From Gammaproteobacteria bacterium (GTDB lineage: Bacteria > Pseudomonadota > Gammaproteobacteria > Eutrophobiales > Eutrophobiaceae), in contig CBDEUK010000002.1 of NCBI GenBank assembly GCA_965243205.1, positions 1,472,001-1,536,000 on the forward strand: 64,000 nucleotides of DNA. Direction: 5' to 3'. The notes under the pieces were generated by a model. That model was not told the origin of the DNA and did not search any database. It saw only the letters and a program-made list of their open reading frames with translations. This document shows, piece after piece, positions 49,952-59,906 of this stretch (the stretch's first letter is position 1; every line of letters begins with the position of its first letter). The translations under genes and the position numbers were made by a program.

Positions 49952-51034
49952 TTATTTATTAATAAATGCATTAATCGTATCTATCAAATCTTGTTTATCA
50001 TAATCTTTTGTAATAACGGCATCTCCTATTGCTTTCAATAAAATAAAAAAGATATTGCCATCCTTTGCTTTTTTATCTACTGCCATGTTATCAAGCATTT
50101 GTTGCAATGTAATCGATTTCGGTAAAGAAGTTGGCAAACCAGTTTTAACTAAAATAGATTCTATGCGGGATACTACCTTCGAATCAATCCAAGACATTCG
50201 CTGTGAAAATTCAGCCGCCATTAACATGCCAAGACCAACCGCTTCTCCATGTAACAGACCTTTATAATTTTGTGCAGTCTCAACAGCATGACCAAAAGTA
50301 TGACCTAAATTTAATAGTGCCCGTCTACCACTTTCCTTCTCATCTTCTTCTACGATCTTAGATTTATTTAAACACGAAGTTTCAATAGCGTATGCTAAGG
50401 CAGACTTATCTCGGTTTAATAGTTTTGCTATGTTTTGTTCAAGCCAGACAAAAAATTCATAATCTTGAATCAAACCGTATTTAATCACTTCGGCTAAACC
50501 AGCGATGAGCTCTCTATCTTCTAATGTATCTAATACTGTGGTATCCGCAATAACAGCAATCGGCTGATGAAAAGCGCCTATCATATTTTTACCTAACGAA
50601 TGATTCACTGCAGTTTTGCCTCCAACAGATGAATCTACCTGAGCTAGCAAAGTTGTAGGAACTTGTATAAAAGGAACTCCTCTTTGATAACAAGCAGCAG
50701 CAAAACCTGTTATATCACCAACTACTCCCCCGCCTAACGCAACTAAAGTCGCATTTCGACTGAATCTGTGCTTCAACAACTCAGTAATAATTAGTTCATA
50801 ATATTGCAGCGATTTAAATCGTTCTCCATCAGGAAGTATGTATGATTCTATTTGGTAATTATGTAAAGTTGATTGTAATTTTTCTAAATACAATGGCGCT
50901 ATTGTTTCATTAGAAACAATCAGTAACTGCTTACTGTTAATATGATTTTCAAAATATGATTTATCATTTAATAAATCTTCGCCAATATATATAGGATAAC
51001 TATTATCGCCTAATTCAACCGTTAGTTTTTTCAT
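49952..51034 (-). CDS. aroB: 3-dehydroquinate synthase
   Basis: GGGVVGD, PTTLLAQVDSSVGGKT, NLGHTFGHA, HGEAV. Confidence 0.96.
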   Translation of the reverse strand: MKKLTVELGDNSYPIYIGEDLLNDKSYFENHINSKQLLIVSNETIAPLYLEKLQSTLHNYQIESYILPDGERFKSLQYYELIITELLKHRFSRNATLVALGGGVVGDITGFAAACYQRGVPFIQVPTTLLAQVDSSVGGKTAVNHSLGKNMIGAFHQPIAVIADTTVLDTLEDRELIAGLAEVIKYGLIQDYEFFVWLEQNIAKLLNRDKSALAYAIETSCLNKSKIVEEDEKESGRRALLNLGHTFGHAVETAQNYKGLLHGEAVGLGMLMAAEFSQRMSWIDSKVVSRIESILVKTGLPTSLPKSITLQQMLDNMAVDKKAKDGNIFFILLKAIGDAVITKDYDKQDLIDTINAFINK

Positions 51035-51555
51035 TACTTAATTTCGTAGTTATAAATTTTTTTCACAATCTCTTTTGAAACACAATTATCAGTATCAATA
51101 ATTAGATCAGCTATTTCTTCGTACAACGGTGTACGTTGTTCAAGTATCTCTTTGATTACCTTGCGTGGGTTCTCACTTTGTAATAAAGGTCTTTTTTTAT
51201 CTTTTTTTGTCCTTTTAAGAATATATTCAACACTAGCTTTCAAATAGACAACAAAACCTCGTTGTTTCAAATATTGACGATTCTGCTTATCAATAACTGT
51301 TCCTCCTCCAGTTGATAAAATAATTCCATCTTTACTTGTAAGCTCTTCAATCATCTCTTGTTCACGACTACGAAAACCTTCTTCTCCTTCTATATCAAAA
51401 ATAGTCGATATATTAACACCATTACGCTTCTCAATTTCATCATCGGAGTCATAGAAAGGCATACCTAACGACTTCGCTAAACGCAAGCCTACAGTGCTCT
51501 TACCAGAGCCCATAGGACCAATTAAAAATAGATTATGTATGTTTTGTTTTGTCAA
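51034..51555 (-). CDS. aroK: Shikimate kinase
   Basis: GPMGSGKST, EGEEGFR, STGGG, RPLL. Confidence 0.95.
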   Translation of the reverse strand: MTKQNIHNLFLIGPMGSGKSTVGLRLAKSLGMPFYDSDDEIEKRNGVNISTIFDIEGEEGFRSREQEMIEELTSKDGIILSTGGGTVIDKQNRQYLKQRGFVVYLKASVEYILKRTKKDKKRPLLQSENPRKVIKEILEQRTPLYEEIADLIIDTDNCVSKEIVKKIYNYEIK

Positions 51556-51619
51556 AGAAATAGTGGTCTACTGATAAATATCAATAACCACTATAATTGA
51601 ATCTGTTTAGGTAGGGAAT

Positions 51620-51653
51620 AAAAAACAGGCATCCATAGACTATAGACACCTAT
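51620..51653 (-). terminator. Possible terminator after pilQ
   Basis: Imperfect AGGTGTC/GATGCCT stem followed by GTTTTTT on the minus strand. Confidence 0.4.
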
Positions 51654-51680
51654 TTATAATAAACCAAAGAGTAATTTATA

Positions 51681-53855
51681 TTAATTGAGAGTTAAACTTT
51701 CCTTTAAGATTTTTGGAGTAACAAATATCAATAACTCATTTTTCTCATTTTCAATTAATGTATTCTTAAATAAGAAACCAAAGTATGGCAGATCACCAAA
51801 AAATGGAACCTTGTTAACAGTATCTTCGTCCTGCTGCTGATATACCCCGCCGAGAACAACAGTCTCACCATTATCGACTAACACTTGCGTGCTCACATTC
51901 TGAGTATCAATAATAGGAATGTTTTGTGCTCCAAATGATCCTGAGCGCTGATCTTGAGTAACGACAAGATCAAGTATCACTCGATCGTCTGGAGTAATTT
52001 GTGGTGTAACACGTAAAGATAATACAGCCTTCTTAAATGTTACGTTAGTTGCTCCACTGGAAGTATTTTGTTCAAATGGAATTTCTTCACCAGACTCAAT
52101 TACCGCTTCACTTTGATTGGCAGTAATCACTTTCGGGTTTGCAATATTTTCTACAATTCCTTCAGCTTGAGCAGCAGATAATTCTAACTGGAGTAACCAA
52201 GTTCCAATCTTACCCACCAATAAGCCTAGACTTGATACTCCACCTACAGTAGCGGGCAAATCAACAATTAAATTTTCTGTCTCCTCTTCGCCATCCAATA
52301 CAAAGGTAGGCACTCCAGTCTCAATATTACCTGTTTGACCTCCGCCAATGGCGCCAAAACTATTTTCTGTTAAATTTGAACCTGGCCTATCGGTACGTTT
52401 ACTGAAACCAAATCTAACACCAAGATTTTTCGTAAAAGTTTCTGTCGCATTTACAATTCGCGATTCAATCATGACTTGCCTAACTGGAATATCAAGTGTT
52501 GAAATCATAAAACGAATATTTTCCAAGCTACTTGCCACATCCTGTACAATCAATGTATTCGTTCTTTCGTCAATAGAAACATTACCGCGTTCTGTAAGTA
52601 AACTATTGTCTTCAGCGTTAATTAAATTCGCTAAATCTTCTGCTTTTGCATAATTAATCTGAATATACTCTGTCTTGAGTGGTGCCAATTCTTCGATTTG
52701 CTTTTCGCTTTCGAGTTCAAGTTTTTCTCTAGCAGCAATTTCTTCTTGAGGCGCCACTAAAATTACATTTCCGCTTTCACGTTTACCTAAACCTCGTGAC
52801 TTAAGAATAATGTCCAGAGCTTGATCCCAAGGCACATTTTTAAGTCTAAGCGTAACATTGCCAGTCACTGAATCACTAGCAACCATATTAAAACCAGTAA
52901 AATCTGCGATTAATTGTAATACTGCTCGTACTTCTATACTTTGGAAATTAAGTGATAATTTTTCACCTGTATAGCCAAATTTCTCTTTCTCTATCGCCGC
53001 TTTCTCTTCTTTGGTCAGTGGTTTAACTTCTATCGTTAATAAGTTATCGGATTGATAAACTAAATGATCGAACTCATCAGTAACTGTAGAGATGACCATT
53101 CGAGCACCATTACCGTACGGTGCAGTATCAACTTCTTTAACTGGAGTAGCAAAATCAATAACATCTAAACGTCGATCTAAACGATCAGGCAAGTTTGTAT
53201 TTAAAAAATCGACAACAACTTTACCACCTTTCTCACCAATATCGATCCCGATAGAAGGATCAGCCAAATCAACAACAACTCGTCCTTCGCCATTTTCTCC
53301 TCGACGAAAATCGATATTATTGATACCACTGGCAGAAGAAGCGCTTGATACAACAGGGATTGTTCTTCCGGCAGAATTTGCCACTGCAGGAACATTTACG
53401 ACATCGTCAATAGAAGATTTTGAGCCTAAATCAACGATTACTTCATTGCCATTAGTTGAAATATCATATGGAACTTGTTCAACTAGATTTAATACGAGTC
53501 GGCTACGACCCGACGCTTCTACTGCAGAAACACTGTGAGCAACTCCAACACCGACATCTACAGATTTACTTTGAAGATTTAGAGTTGTATCAGGAAAATC
53601 CAAAGCTATACGCGCAGGGTTATCAATAATAAAACTGGCAGGTTTTGCAGATACTGGATTAGATAAGCGGATCTTAATTTGTACTTTATCTCCAGGCAGT
53701 GATGTGTAACTAATATCATCGACAGTAACTGCTTGCACAATTGATGCAAAAGAAAATAACGCCAAAAACGTTAATAGCATATTCCTTGTTTTCCTTATCG
53801 CTCCTTCCATATGAAGGAAAGGTAAAATTATTGATGCGAGTGATGTCATTTTCAT
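51681..53855 (-). CDS. pilQ: Type IV pilus secretin (start uncertain)
   Basis: AMIN domains, YTGEKLSLNFQ, VPWDQALD, PVRQVMIESRIV, ELLIFVTPKI. Confidence 0.95.
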   Translation of the reverse strand: MKMTSLASIILPFLHMEGAIRKTRNMLLTFLALFSFASIVQAVTVDDISYTSLPGDKVQIKIRLSNPVSAKPASFIIDNPARIALDFPDTTLNLQSKSVDVGVGVAHSVSAVEASGRSRLVLNLVEQVPYDISTNGNEVIVDLGSKSSIDDVVNVPAVANSAGRTIPVVSSASSASGINNIDFRRGENGEGRVVVDLADPSIGIDIGEKGGKVVVDFLNTNLPDRLDRRLDVIDFATPVKEVDTAPYGNGARMVISTVTDEFDHLVYQSDNLLTIEVKPLTKEEKAAIEKEKFGYTGEKLSLNFQSIEVRAVLQLIADFTGFNMVASDSVTGNVTLRLKNVPWDQALDIILKSRGLGKRESGNVILVAPQEEIAAREKLELESEKQIEELAPLKTEYIQINYAKAEDLANLINAEDNSLLTERGNVSIDERTNTLIVQDVASSLENIRFMISTLDIPVRQVMIESRIVNATETFTKNLGVRFGFSKRTDRPGSNLTENSFGAIGGGQTGNIETGVPTFVLDGEEETENLIVDLPATVGGVSSLGLLVGKIGTWLLQLELSAAQAEGIVENIANPKVITANQSEAVIESGEEIPFEQNTSSGATNVTFKKAVLSLRVTPQITPDDRVILDLVVTQDQRSGSFGAQNIPIIDTQNVSTQVLVDNGETVVLGGVYQQQDEDTVNKVPFFGDLPYFGFLFKNTLIENEKNELLIFVTPKILKESLTLN

Positions 53856-53867
53856 ACCCCTATTACG

Positions 53868-54419
53868 TTACTCTTCTGCCAATGCAAGTGTCGCTTCACG
53901 CTCTTCCCAACGACCTTGGCTATCTTGAATGATTTCTCTTAATTCAATTCTGTCTTCAAAAATATTTGTGATTTTACCTATGTTCAATCCAGCATAGTTT
54001 CCAATTTTTACTTTATGAACCGTACCATCTGGATCTAAAACAATTCCCCAATTTTCACTATCATCATCCATCGTTCCAACCATTCGTAAACTATCAAGTT
54101 CAAATGATTCCAATTCCTCACGATTACGATTATTAATTTCTCGCTCCATTTCTGGTGTTAAACCACTATCTTCAGATTGAGCAACTTCTTCTATGATTTT
54201 TTCATAAAAAGGTCGAAATGGATCTTTAGCTTGATTTAAGCCTGACTGATAAGCATAAGCTTCATAAGGTTTTACTTCTGGAAGTGGCTCAATACGACCG
54301 CCAGGACGAGACATAATTCTGTCAACTTCACGCTCTAAGTCGCTCATATCATTCGATACACAACCCACTAATGATAAAGCTATAAGTAATAAACTAAATT
54401 TAGAAATTCGAATCATCAT
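53868..54419 (-). CDS. pilP: Type IV pilus lipoprotein PilP
   Basis: LVGC lipobox, IEPLP, DPF, ELE.FELDSLRMVG. Confidence 0.92.
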   Translation of the reverse strand: MMIRISKFSLLLIALSLVGCVSNDMSDLEREVDRIMSRPGGRIEPLPEVKPYEAYAYQSGLNQAKDPFRPFYEKIIEEVAQSEDSGLTPEMEREINNRNREELESFELDSLRMVGTMDDDSENWGIVLDPDGTVHKVKIGNYAGLNIGKITNIFEDRIELREIIQDSQGRWEEREATLALAEE

Positions 54420-55027
54420 TGGACAACCTCACCTTCAGAATCATCTTCCTCATCTAGTGCACGATATGTCTTAGCAGTCGAAACCATGATTAAATCATTA
54501 GTTTCTTGCCCTTTGCTTATTTCTAAATCATGCATTGTTACAATTCGAGGAAGCGATGCAACACCACTGACAAAATCTCCAAATTCGTGGTATTCACCAA
54601 CAACTTGAATTTGTATCGGTAATTCTGCATAAAACTCGGATGGCTTCTCTGGTTGTGGTTTAAATAATTCAAATTCCAAACCTGCTCCTAAACCTGTTTG
54701 AGAAATATCTACAAGCAAACCTGCTACTTCTGTTTTATCCGGTAACTGCCTGAGCATGTCACCGAACGATTGTTCCATCTCTACCATTTGCTGACGTAAA
54801 GCTTCTAAATTAGCCGCCTTCTTTTGTTTCACGTCTAACTTAAGCAATTTATCTTCTTCATCTTTCTCAGCTTTAGCTAGCATTTCCCATTGATTCTTCC
54901 AATCAAAATGCCAAAAACCGGCCAGAATAAGTGCACATAATAAAATAATAGCGCCTATTTTTATTGGGAGAGGCCAGCCTCCTGCATTTTCCATATCAAG
55001 ATTATTCAGATCATCCATTAGACTCAT
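54416..55027 (-). CDS. pilO: Type IV pilus assembly protein PilO
   Basis: GWP, QLPDKTEV..LL.DI, FYAELPI, LPRIVT. Confidence 0.93.
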   Translation of the reverse strand: MSLMDDLNNLDMENAGGWPLPIKIGAIILLCALILAGFWHFDWKNQWEMLAKAEKDEEDKLLKLDVKQKKAANLEALRQQMVEMEQSFGDMLRQLPDKTEVAGLLVDISQTGLGAGLEFELFKPQPEKPSEFYAELPIQIQVVGEYHEFGDFVSGVASLPRIVTMHDLEISKGQETNDLIMVSTAKTYRALDEEDDSEGEVVQ

Positions 55028-55596
55028 AATTCTTCTCCCTCTTCTTCATCTTGACTAGGAATAATCTGGTCAAATCTCAGAGTAAATTGACTGATACGTG
55101 ACGTATCTTCAGCATCGGCTTGGATGATGTCGAGTTCAGGGTTTGTTAACCAATCAGAACCCTCTAAATTTCGCATAAAATTAGAAACCCTAGCATTTGA
55201 TTGAGCCTCACCATTAATGGTAATTTTTTTACCCGTTTGTTTAAGCTTATTTAGACTCACACCATCAGGAATACTAGCTACAATTTCATCGAACATACGA
55301 ACGATTAGAGGACGGTTGCCTTGTAACTCTTGAATTGCTTGCATTCTTGCTAATAAGCGCTCTTTCTTTTTCTCAAGTTCTTTTATTTCTTCTATCTTTT
55401 TATCAAGCACTGCTATTTTGCTATCTAAAAAAGTGTTTCTTGAGTTTTGATAATCAATCAATTGGTTATTATAAAGATGAATTAAAAAACCAATAATGGC
55501 AGCTAAAATAGCGAAAAACGCTAACATCATTAAGAATTCTTTTTGTCGTTCTTGACGTAACTCTTCGCGCCAAGGTAGTAAGTTAATATGTGCCAT
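55024..55596 (-). CDS. pilN: Type IV pilus assembly protein PilN
   Basis: INLLPWRE N-terminus, G.AQSNARVS.FMRNL. Confidence 0.94.
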   Translation of the reverse strand: MAHINLLPWREELRQERQKEFLMMLAFFAILAAIIGFLIHLYNNQLIDYQNSRNTFLDSKIAVLDKKIEEIKELEKKKERLLARMQAIQELQGNRPLIVRMFDEIVASIPDGVSLNKLKQTGKKITINGEAQSNARVSNFMRNLEGSDWLTNPELDIIQADAEDTSRISQFTLRFDQIIPSQDEEEGEEL

Positions 55597-56657
55597 TAAT
55601 CAAAACTCCTTAACGCCAAACCACAAGCTACCATGAGCGCAGGAGCGTCATTCGTTAAACTCTGCGTGGGCACTCGAGATGCAATGGACATATTTGCAAA
55701 TGGATTTGAGGCAACAGTATGTATACCTATTTTTGATTCGATAAGTTCTGCCATCCCATGAATTGACGCGCAACCACCTGCTAAAATTAGATGGTCAATA
55801 TTTGTAATGGAGCTCGATGAATAGAAAAATTGTTGTGCTCGACTAATCTGTTGCACCATAGAATCTTTAAATGGCTCTAGTACTTCTGGCTCATAATTAT
55901 CAGGCAAACCGCCTTGTCTCTTAGCAAGTCCAGCCTCCTCAAAAGATAAACCATATCGTCTTTGAATATCTTCCGTTAATTGATGGCCGCCAAATTGCTG
56001 CTCACGTGAATAAATGACCTTTTCATTTTCTAAAACACTAAAAGTCGTAATTGTGGCTCCAACATCCGCAACCGCAATAACCTGGTCATTTGCTCCATCG
56101 AATAATTCATCGGCTTGGAGCTTTACGCTGTTTTCCAATGCAAAGGCTTCAACATCAATAATTTTAGGTGTTAAACCTGCAACATCTAATACGGCTACTC
56201 GATTATCTATATTCTCACTACGCGAAGCAGCCAATAGTACATCCACACGCTCAGGACTGGTCTCAGAAGGACCAAGTACTTCGAAATCCAAAGCGACCTC
56301 TTCTAGTGGGAAAGGTACATATTGGTCAGCTTCTAATTGAATCTGAGATTCCATATCATCTTCAGATAAATCTGCAGGCATGGTAATCATTTTTGTAATA
56401 ACCGATGATCCTGCTACAGCTGCTATAGCATTTTTATTTTTTGAACCCGATTTTTTCCAAGCACGACCAATGGCCTCGCCGACAGCATCAATATCGTTTA
56501 TATTCTTTTCAACGACAGAATTTGCAGGTAAAGGCTCAACAGCGTAACTTTCTACACGATATTTACTGCCGCTTTGACTTAATTCGAGCAACTTAATTGT
56601 AGTAGCAGTGATATCAACGCCAATTAAGGGCGGTGATTTCTTTTTAAAAAGTGACAC
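55596..56657 (-). CDS. pilM: Type IV pilus assembly protein PilM
   Basis: GVDI, QYVPFPLEEV.LDF, DVGAT, LAGG, ACGLALRSFD. Confidence 0.95.
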   Translation of the reverse strand: MSLFKKKSPPLIGVDITATTIKLLELSQSGSKYRVESYAVEPLPANSVVEKNINDIDAVGEAIGRAWKKSGSKNKNAIAAVAGSSVITKMITMPADLSEDDMESQIQLEADQYVPFPLEEVALDFEVLGPSETSPERVDVLLAASRSENIDNRVAVLDVAGLTPKIIDVEAFALENSVKLQADELFDGANDQVIAVADVGATITTFSVLENEKVIYSREQQFGGHQLTEDIQRRYGLSFEEAGLAKRQGGLPDNYEPEVLEPFKDSMVQQISRAQQFFYSSSSITNIDHLILAGGCASIHGMAELIESKIGIHTVASNPFANMSIASRVPTQSLTNDAPALMVACGLALRSFD

Positions 56658-56847
56658 TATTTTTTCCTTTTACTGTCATAGTTTATGAATTATTCGTACA
56701 AATTACATTAAGTTCTAAACGCAACTATAGCCAACAGAAAATTAAAAAACAAATGATTTTTATCGCTTTTGTGAGAAAGACCTCTATTTTTACAATTTCG
56801 TTTCAATAACAGCACATCTAGTATAACTTGAGTATAATGACCCCAAT

Positions 56848-59250
56848 ATGTTGCGCATAACTTTTTACCTACTACTTCTTACGTTTATCTTCACTTTGGT
56901 TATTGGAGTCGGAACAGCTTGGTATTTCATACCTCGTCTGCCAGAAATCGATACTTTGAAGGATACTAAATTTCAAACACCTTTAAGAGTTTACTCTAAG
57001 AATAATTCTTTAATAGCTGAATTTGGTGAAAAAAGAAGGATACCAATCACTATCGATCAAGTACCAAAACGCATGATCCATGCCATCCTTTCTTCGGAAG
57101 ATGATCGATTTTATGAACACCCAGGTGTTGATTGGCAAGGTTTACTCAGAGCTGTCGTCAGCTTGGCTAAAACAGGCGAGAAAAAACAAGGTGGTAGTAC
57201 GATTACGATGCAAGTTGCACGTAATTTCTTTCTGACACGAGAAAAGACATATTTAAGAAAAATAAACGAAATCTTATTAGCACTTAAAATTGAACAAGAG
57301 CTTACAAAAGATGAAATTTTAGAACTGTATTTGAACAAAATTTATTTAGGGCAACGCGCTTATGGAATAGCAACCGCGGCTTATATTTATTATGGCAAAA
57401 CATTAGAAGAATTATCTCTGCCACAAATGGCTATGCTCGCCGGTTTGCCAAAAGCCCCATCTACTACGAATCCAATTACTAATCCTTCTGCAGCAAAAAA
57501 ACGTCGTCATTATGTATTGCAGAGAATGTTGAAAGTTGGACATATTACAGAAGCGGAATTTAATGATGCAGATGCTACTGAATTAACAGCAGAATTGCAT
57601 TCGACAAATGTTGAGTTAAACGCCCCATACATTGCTGAAATGGTTCGAGCTGAATTGTTTGAGCAATATGGCGACGCCATCTACACAGAAGGAATGAATG
57701 TATACACGACCATTGTGGATGCAAATCAAGAAGCCGCTAACCAATCCGTACGCAAATCTTTATTAGATTACGATATTCGTCATGGCTATCGAGGTGCAGA
57801 ATCTATTGCAGAAATAACCTCTGAAATGTCTGGAGAAGATTGGAAAGAATTATTATCACAATTCTCAGACATCGCTGGTTTGTATGCTGGCTTAGTCATC
57901 AGCACCGAAGAAAAAAGTATTAATGTCTATATCAATAAAATCGGTTTGGTCAAAGTTGATTGGCCAGGTTTAAAATGGGCTAGGAAATACATTTCAGAAA
58001 ACCTACGTGATAAAGAACCTAAAAAAGCCGATGATATCGTCACAGTCGGAAACATAATCCGCGTCATTCAAGATGAAGAAGGTAATTGGCGCTTATCTCA
58101 AATCCCCGAAGTTGAAGGCGCCCTAGTCTCTATGAATCCGAATAATGGCGCTACATTAGCTTTAACTGGTGGCTTTGATTTTTTTAAGAGTAAATTTAAT
58201 CGTGTTACTCAAGCGAAACGCCAAGCCGGCTCAGGTTTTAAACCATTTATTTATTCAGCCGCATTAGAATCCGGAGAAACGACCGCGAGTATTATCAATG
58301 ATGCGCCGGTTATTTTGGATGACGCCGGTTTAGAAGGTGAATGGCGTCCAGAAAATTACGGTCGAGATTACAAAGGTCCCATGCGAATGCGACAAGCTCT
58401 TATACAATCTCGAAACTTAGTATCCATTCGTCTTTTAAATCGCATGGGTATTCCTTTCGCTTTAGATCATGTTGCTAAATTTGGTTTTAATAAAGATGAA
58501 CTTCCTAGTAACCTTTCACTTTCACTCGGTAGCGGCGAAATCACTCCATGGCAACAAGCAAGTAGTTATAGTGTCTTCGCAAATGGCGGTTATAAAGTAG
58601 AACCATACTTTATAGAACGAATTGAAGATGCTGAAGACAATGTTTTATTTAAAGCTAACCCTATTCAAGTCTGTGCTGATTGTTTAGAAAATTCAGAACC
58701 AGCATCTATAGAAGGTAATTTAGATACTGAATCTGATAATCCAACTCCACTTTATGCACAGCGTGTTGTTGACGAACGCAATATTTGGTTAACAAATTCA
58801 ATGACTCAAGACGTTATTCGTTTTGGCACCGGTAGAAAGGCTATGAGTCTAGGACGCAATGATCTTTCTGGTAAAACTGGTACTACGAACGATCAACGCG
58901 ATGCTTGGTTCTGTGGTTTTAACAACGATGTAGTTACTGTCGTCTGGGTAGGTTTTGATAAATTCTTACCATTAGGAGCTCGTGAAACAGGTGCTAGAGC
59001 CGCCTTACCAATGTGGATTGATTATATGAAAGTCGCTCTTAAGGATAAAAATGAGAATGCCATGAGCCGCCCAGAAGGTTTAGTGAATGTTCGTATCAAT
59101 AAACTCACAGGTAAACCTACAAGCGCAGATAATCCAAATGCTTTTTTTGAAACGTTTCGTTTTGAACATGCTCCAAAAGCTAACAATGTTGATAATATTC
59201 GTTCGCCATACTCAGAAAACGGACGCAGTGATATACAAGATATTTTTTAA
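56848..59250 (+). CDS. mrcA: Penicillin-binding protein 1A
   Basis: EDDRFYEH.G, GGSTITMQ, SGFK (SxxK), SRN, KTG; divergent from pilM. Confidence 0.95.
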   Translation: MLRITFYLLLLTFIFTLVIGVGTAWYFIPRLPEIDTLKDTKFQTPLRVYSKNNSLIAEFGEKRRIPITIDQVPKRMIHAILSSEDDRFYEHPGVDWQGLLRAVVSLAKTGEKKQGGSTITMQVARNFFLTREKTYLRKINEILLALKIEQELTKDEILELYLNKIYLGQRAYGIATAAYIYYGKTLEELSLPQMAMLAGLPKAPSTTNPITNPSAAKKRRHYVLQRMLKVGHITEAEFNDADATELTAELHSTNVELNAPYIAEMVRAELFEQYGDAIYTEGMNVYTTIVDANQEAANQSVRKSLLDYDIRHGYRGAESIAEITSEMSGEDWKELLSQFSDIAGLYAGLVISTEEKSINVYINKIGLVKVDWPGLKWARKYISENLRDKEPKKADDIVTVGNIIRVIQDEEGNWRLSQIPEVEGALVSMNPNNGATLALTGGFDFFKSKFNRVTQAKRQAGSGFKPFIYSAALESGETTASIINDAPVILDDAGLEGEWRPENYGRDYKGPMRMRQALIQSRNLVSIRLLNRMGIPFALDHVAKFGFNKDELPSNLSLSLGSGEITPWQQASSYSVFANGGYKVEPYFIERIEDAEDNVLFKANPIQVCADCLENSEPASIEGNLDTESDNPTPLYAQRVVDERNIWLTNSMTQDVIRFGTGRKAMSLGRNDLSGKTGTTNDQRDAWFCGFNNDVVTVVWVGFDKFLPLGARETGARAALPMWIDYMKVALKDKNENAMSRPEGLVNVRINKLTGKPTSADNPNAFFETFRFEHAPKANNVDNIRSPYSENGRSDIQDIF

Positions 59251-59285
59251 ATTAACTCACTTAACCAGTTAATTTTTTAGTTTAT

Positions 59286-59897
59286 ATGAACTCTAAAAAT
59301 AAACTCTCACACCCTATTCGCCGTGAGTTAGCAGAACATGCAGCTAAAATGATCGCTGTTGAAGGAATCACTGATTACTTCACGGCTAAAAAAAAAGCTG
59401 CGCAAAAAATGGGTATCGTACAAACAAAATTTTATCCGAGTAATAAAGAAATAGAACAAGCATTGGTTAATTATCAGCAGTTATTTCTTGCTAAAGAGCA
59501 TGTTGAGATTGTTGATGAATTACGATCTATTGCTTTAAACGCACTAAAGTTATTTAAATCATTTGATCCTTTTCTAGTTGGCCCCGTCCTTTCAGGAACA
59601 GCTCATTCAGAATCTGAAATTATCTTACATATCTTCAACGAATCACCACAATTAGTGAGCCTTATATTACTTGAAAATAATATCCCATTTGAAGAATGTG
59701 AACGACGTGCAAGATTCAAAGGATATGATTCAAATTTTTATCCCGCATTTCAATTTTATGCGGATGACCATAAAATCATCGTTATCGTTTTTCCAGAGCG
59801 ACAAAAATATAATCCACCATTAGATCCTATTGACGGCCATACTATCAAACGTGCTGACTATAAAGATTTATTAGAACTATTAGATTATCAATATTAA
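59286..59897 (+). CDS. Conserved hypothetical, nucleotidyltransferase-like fold
   Basis: AK.KAA, PSNKEIE, F.P.LVG.VL.GTA...S.I.LH pattern; follows mrcA. Confidence 0.65.
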   Translation: MNSKNKLSHPIRRELAEHAAKMIAVEGITDYFTAKKKAAQKMGIVQTKFYPSNKEIEQALVNYQQLFLAKEHVEIVDELRSIALNALKLFKSFDPFLVGPVLSGTAHSESEIILHIFNESPQLVSLILLENNIPFEECERRARFKGYDSNFYPAFQFYADDHKIIVIVFPERQKYNPPLDPIDGHTIKRADYKDLLELLDYQY

Positions 59898-59906
59898 TTC
59901 CGCTCC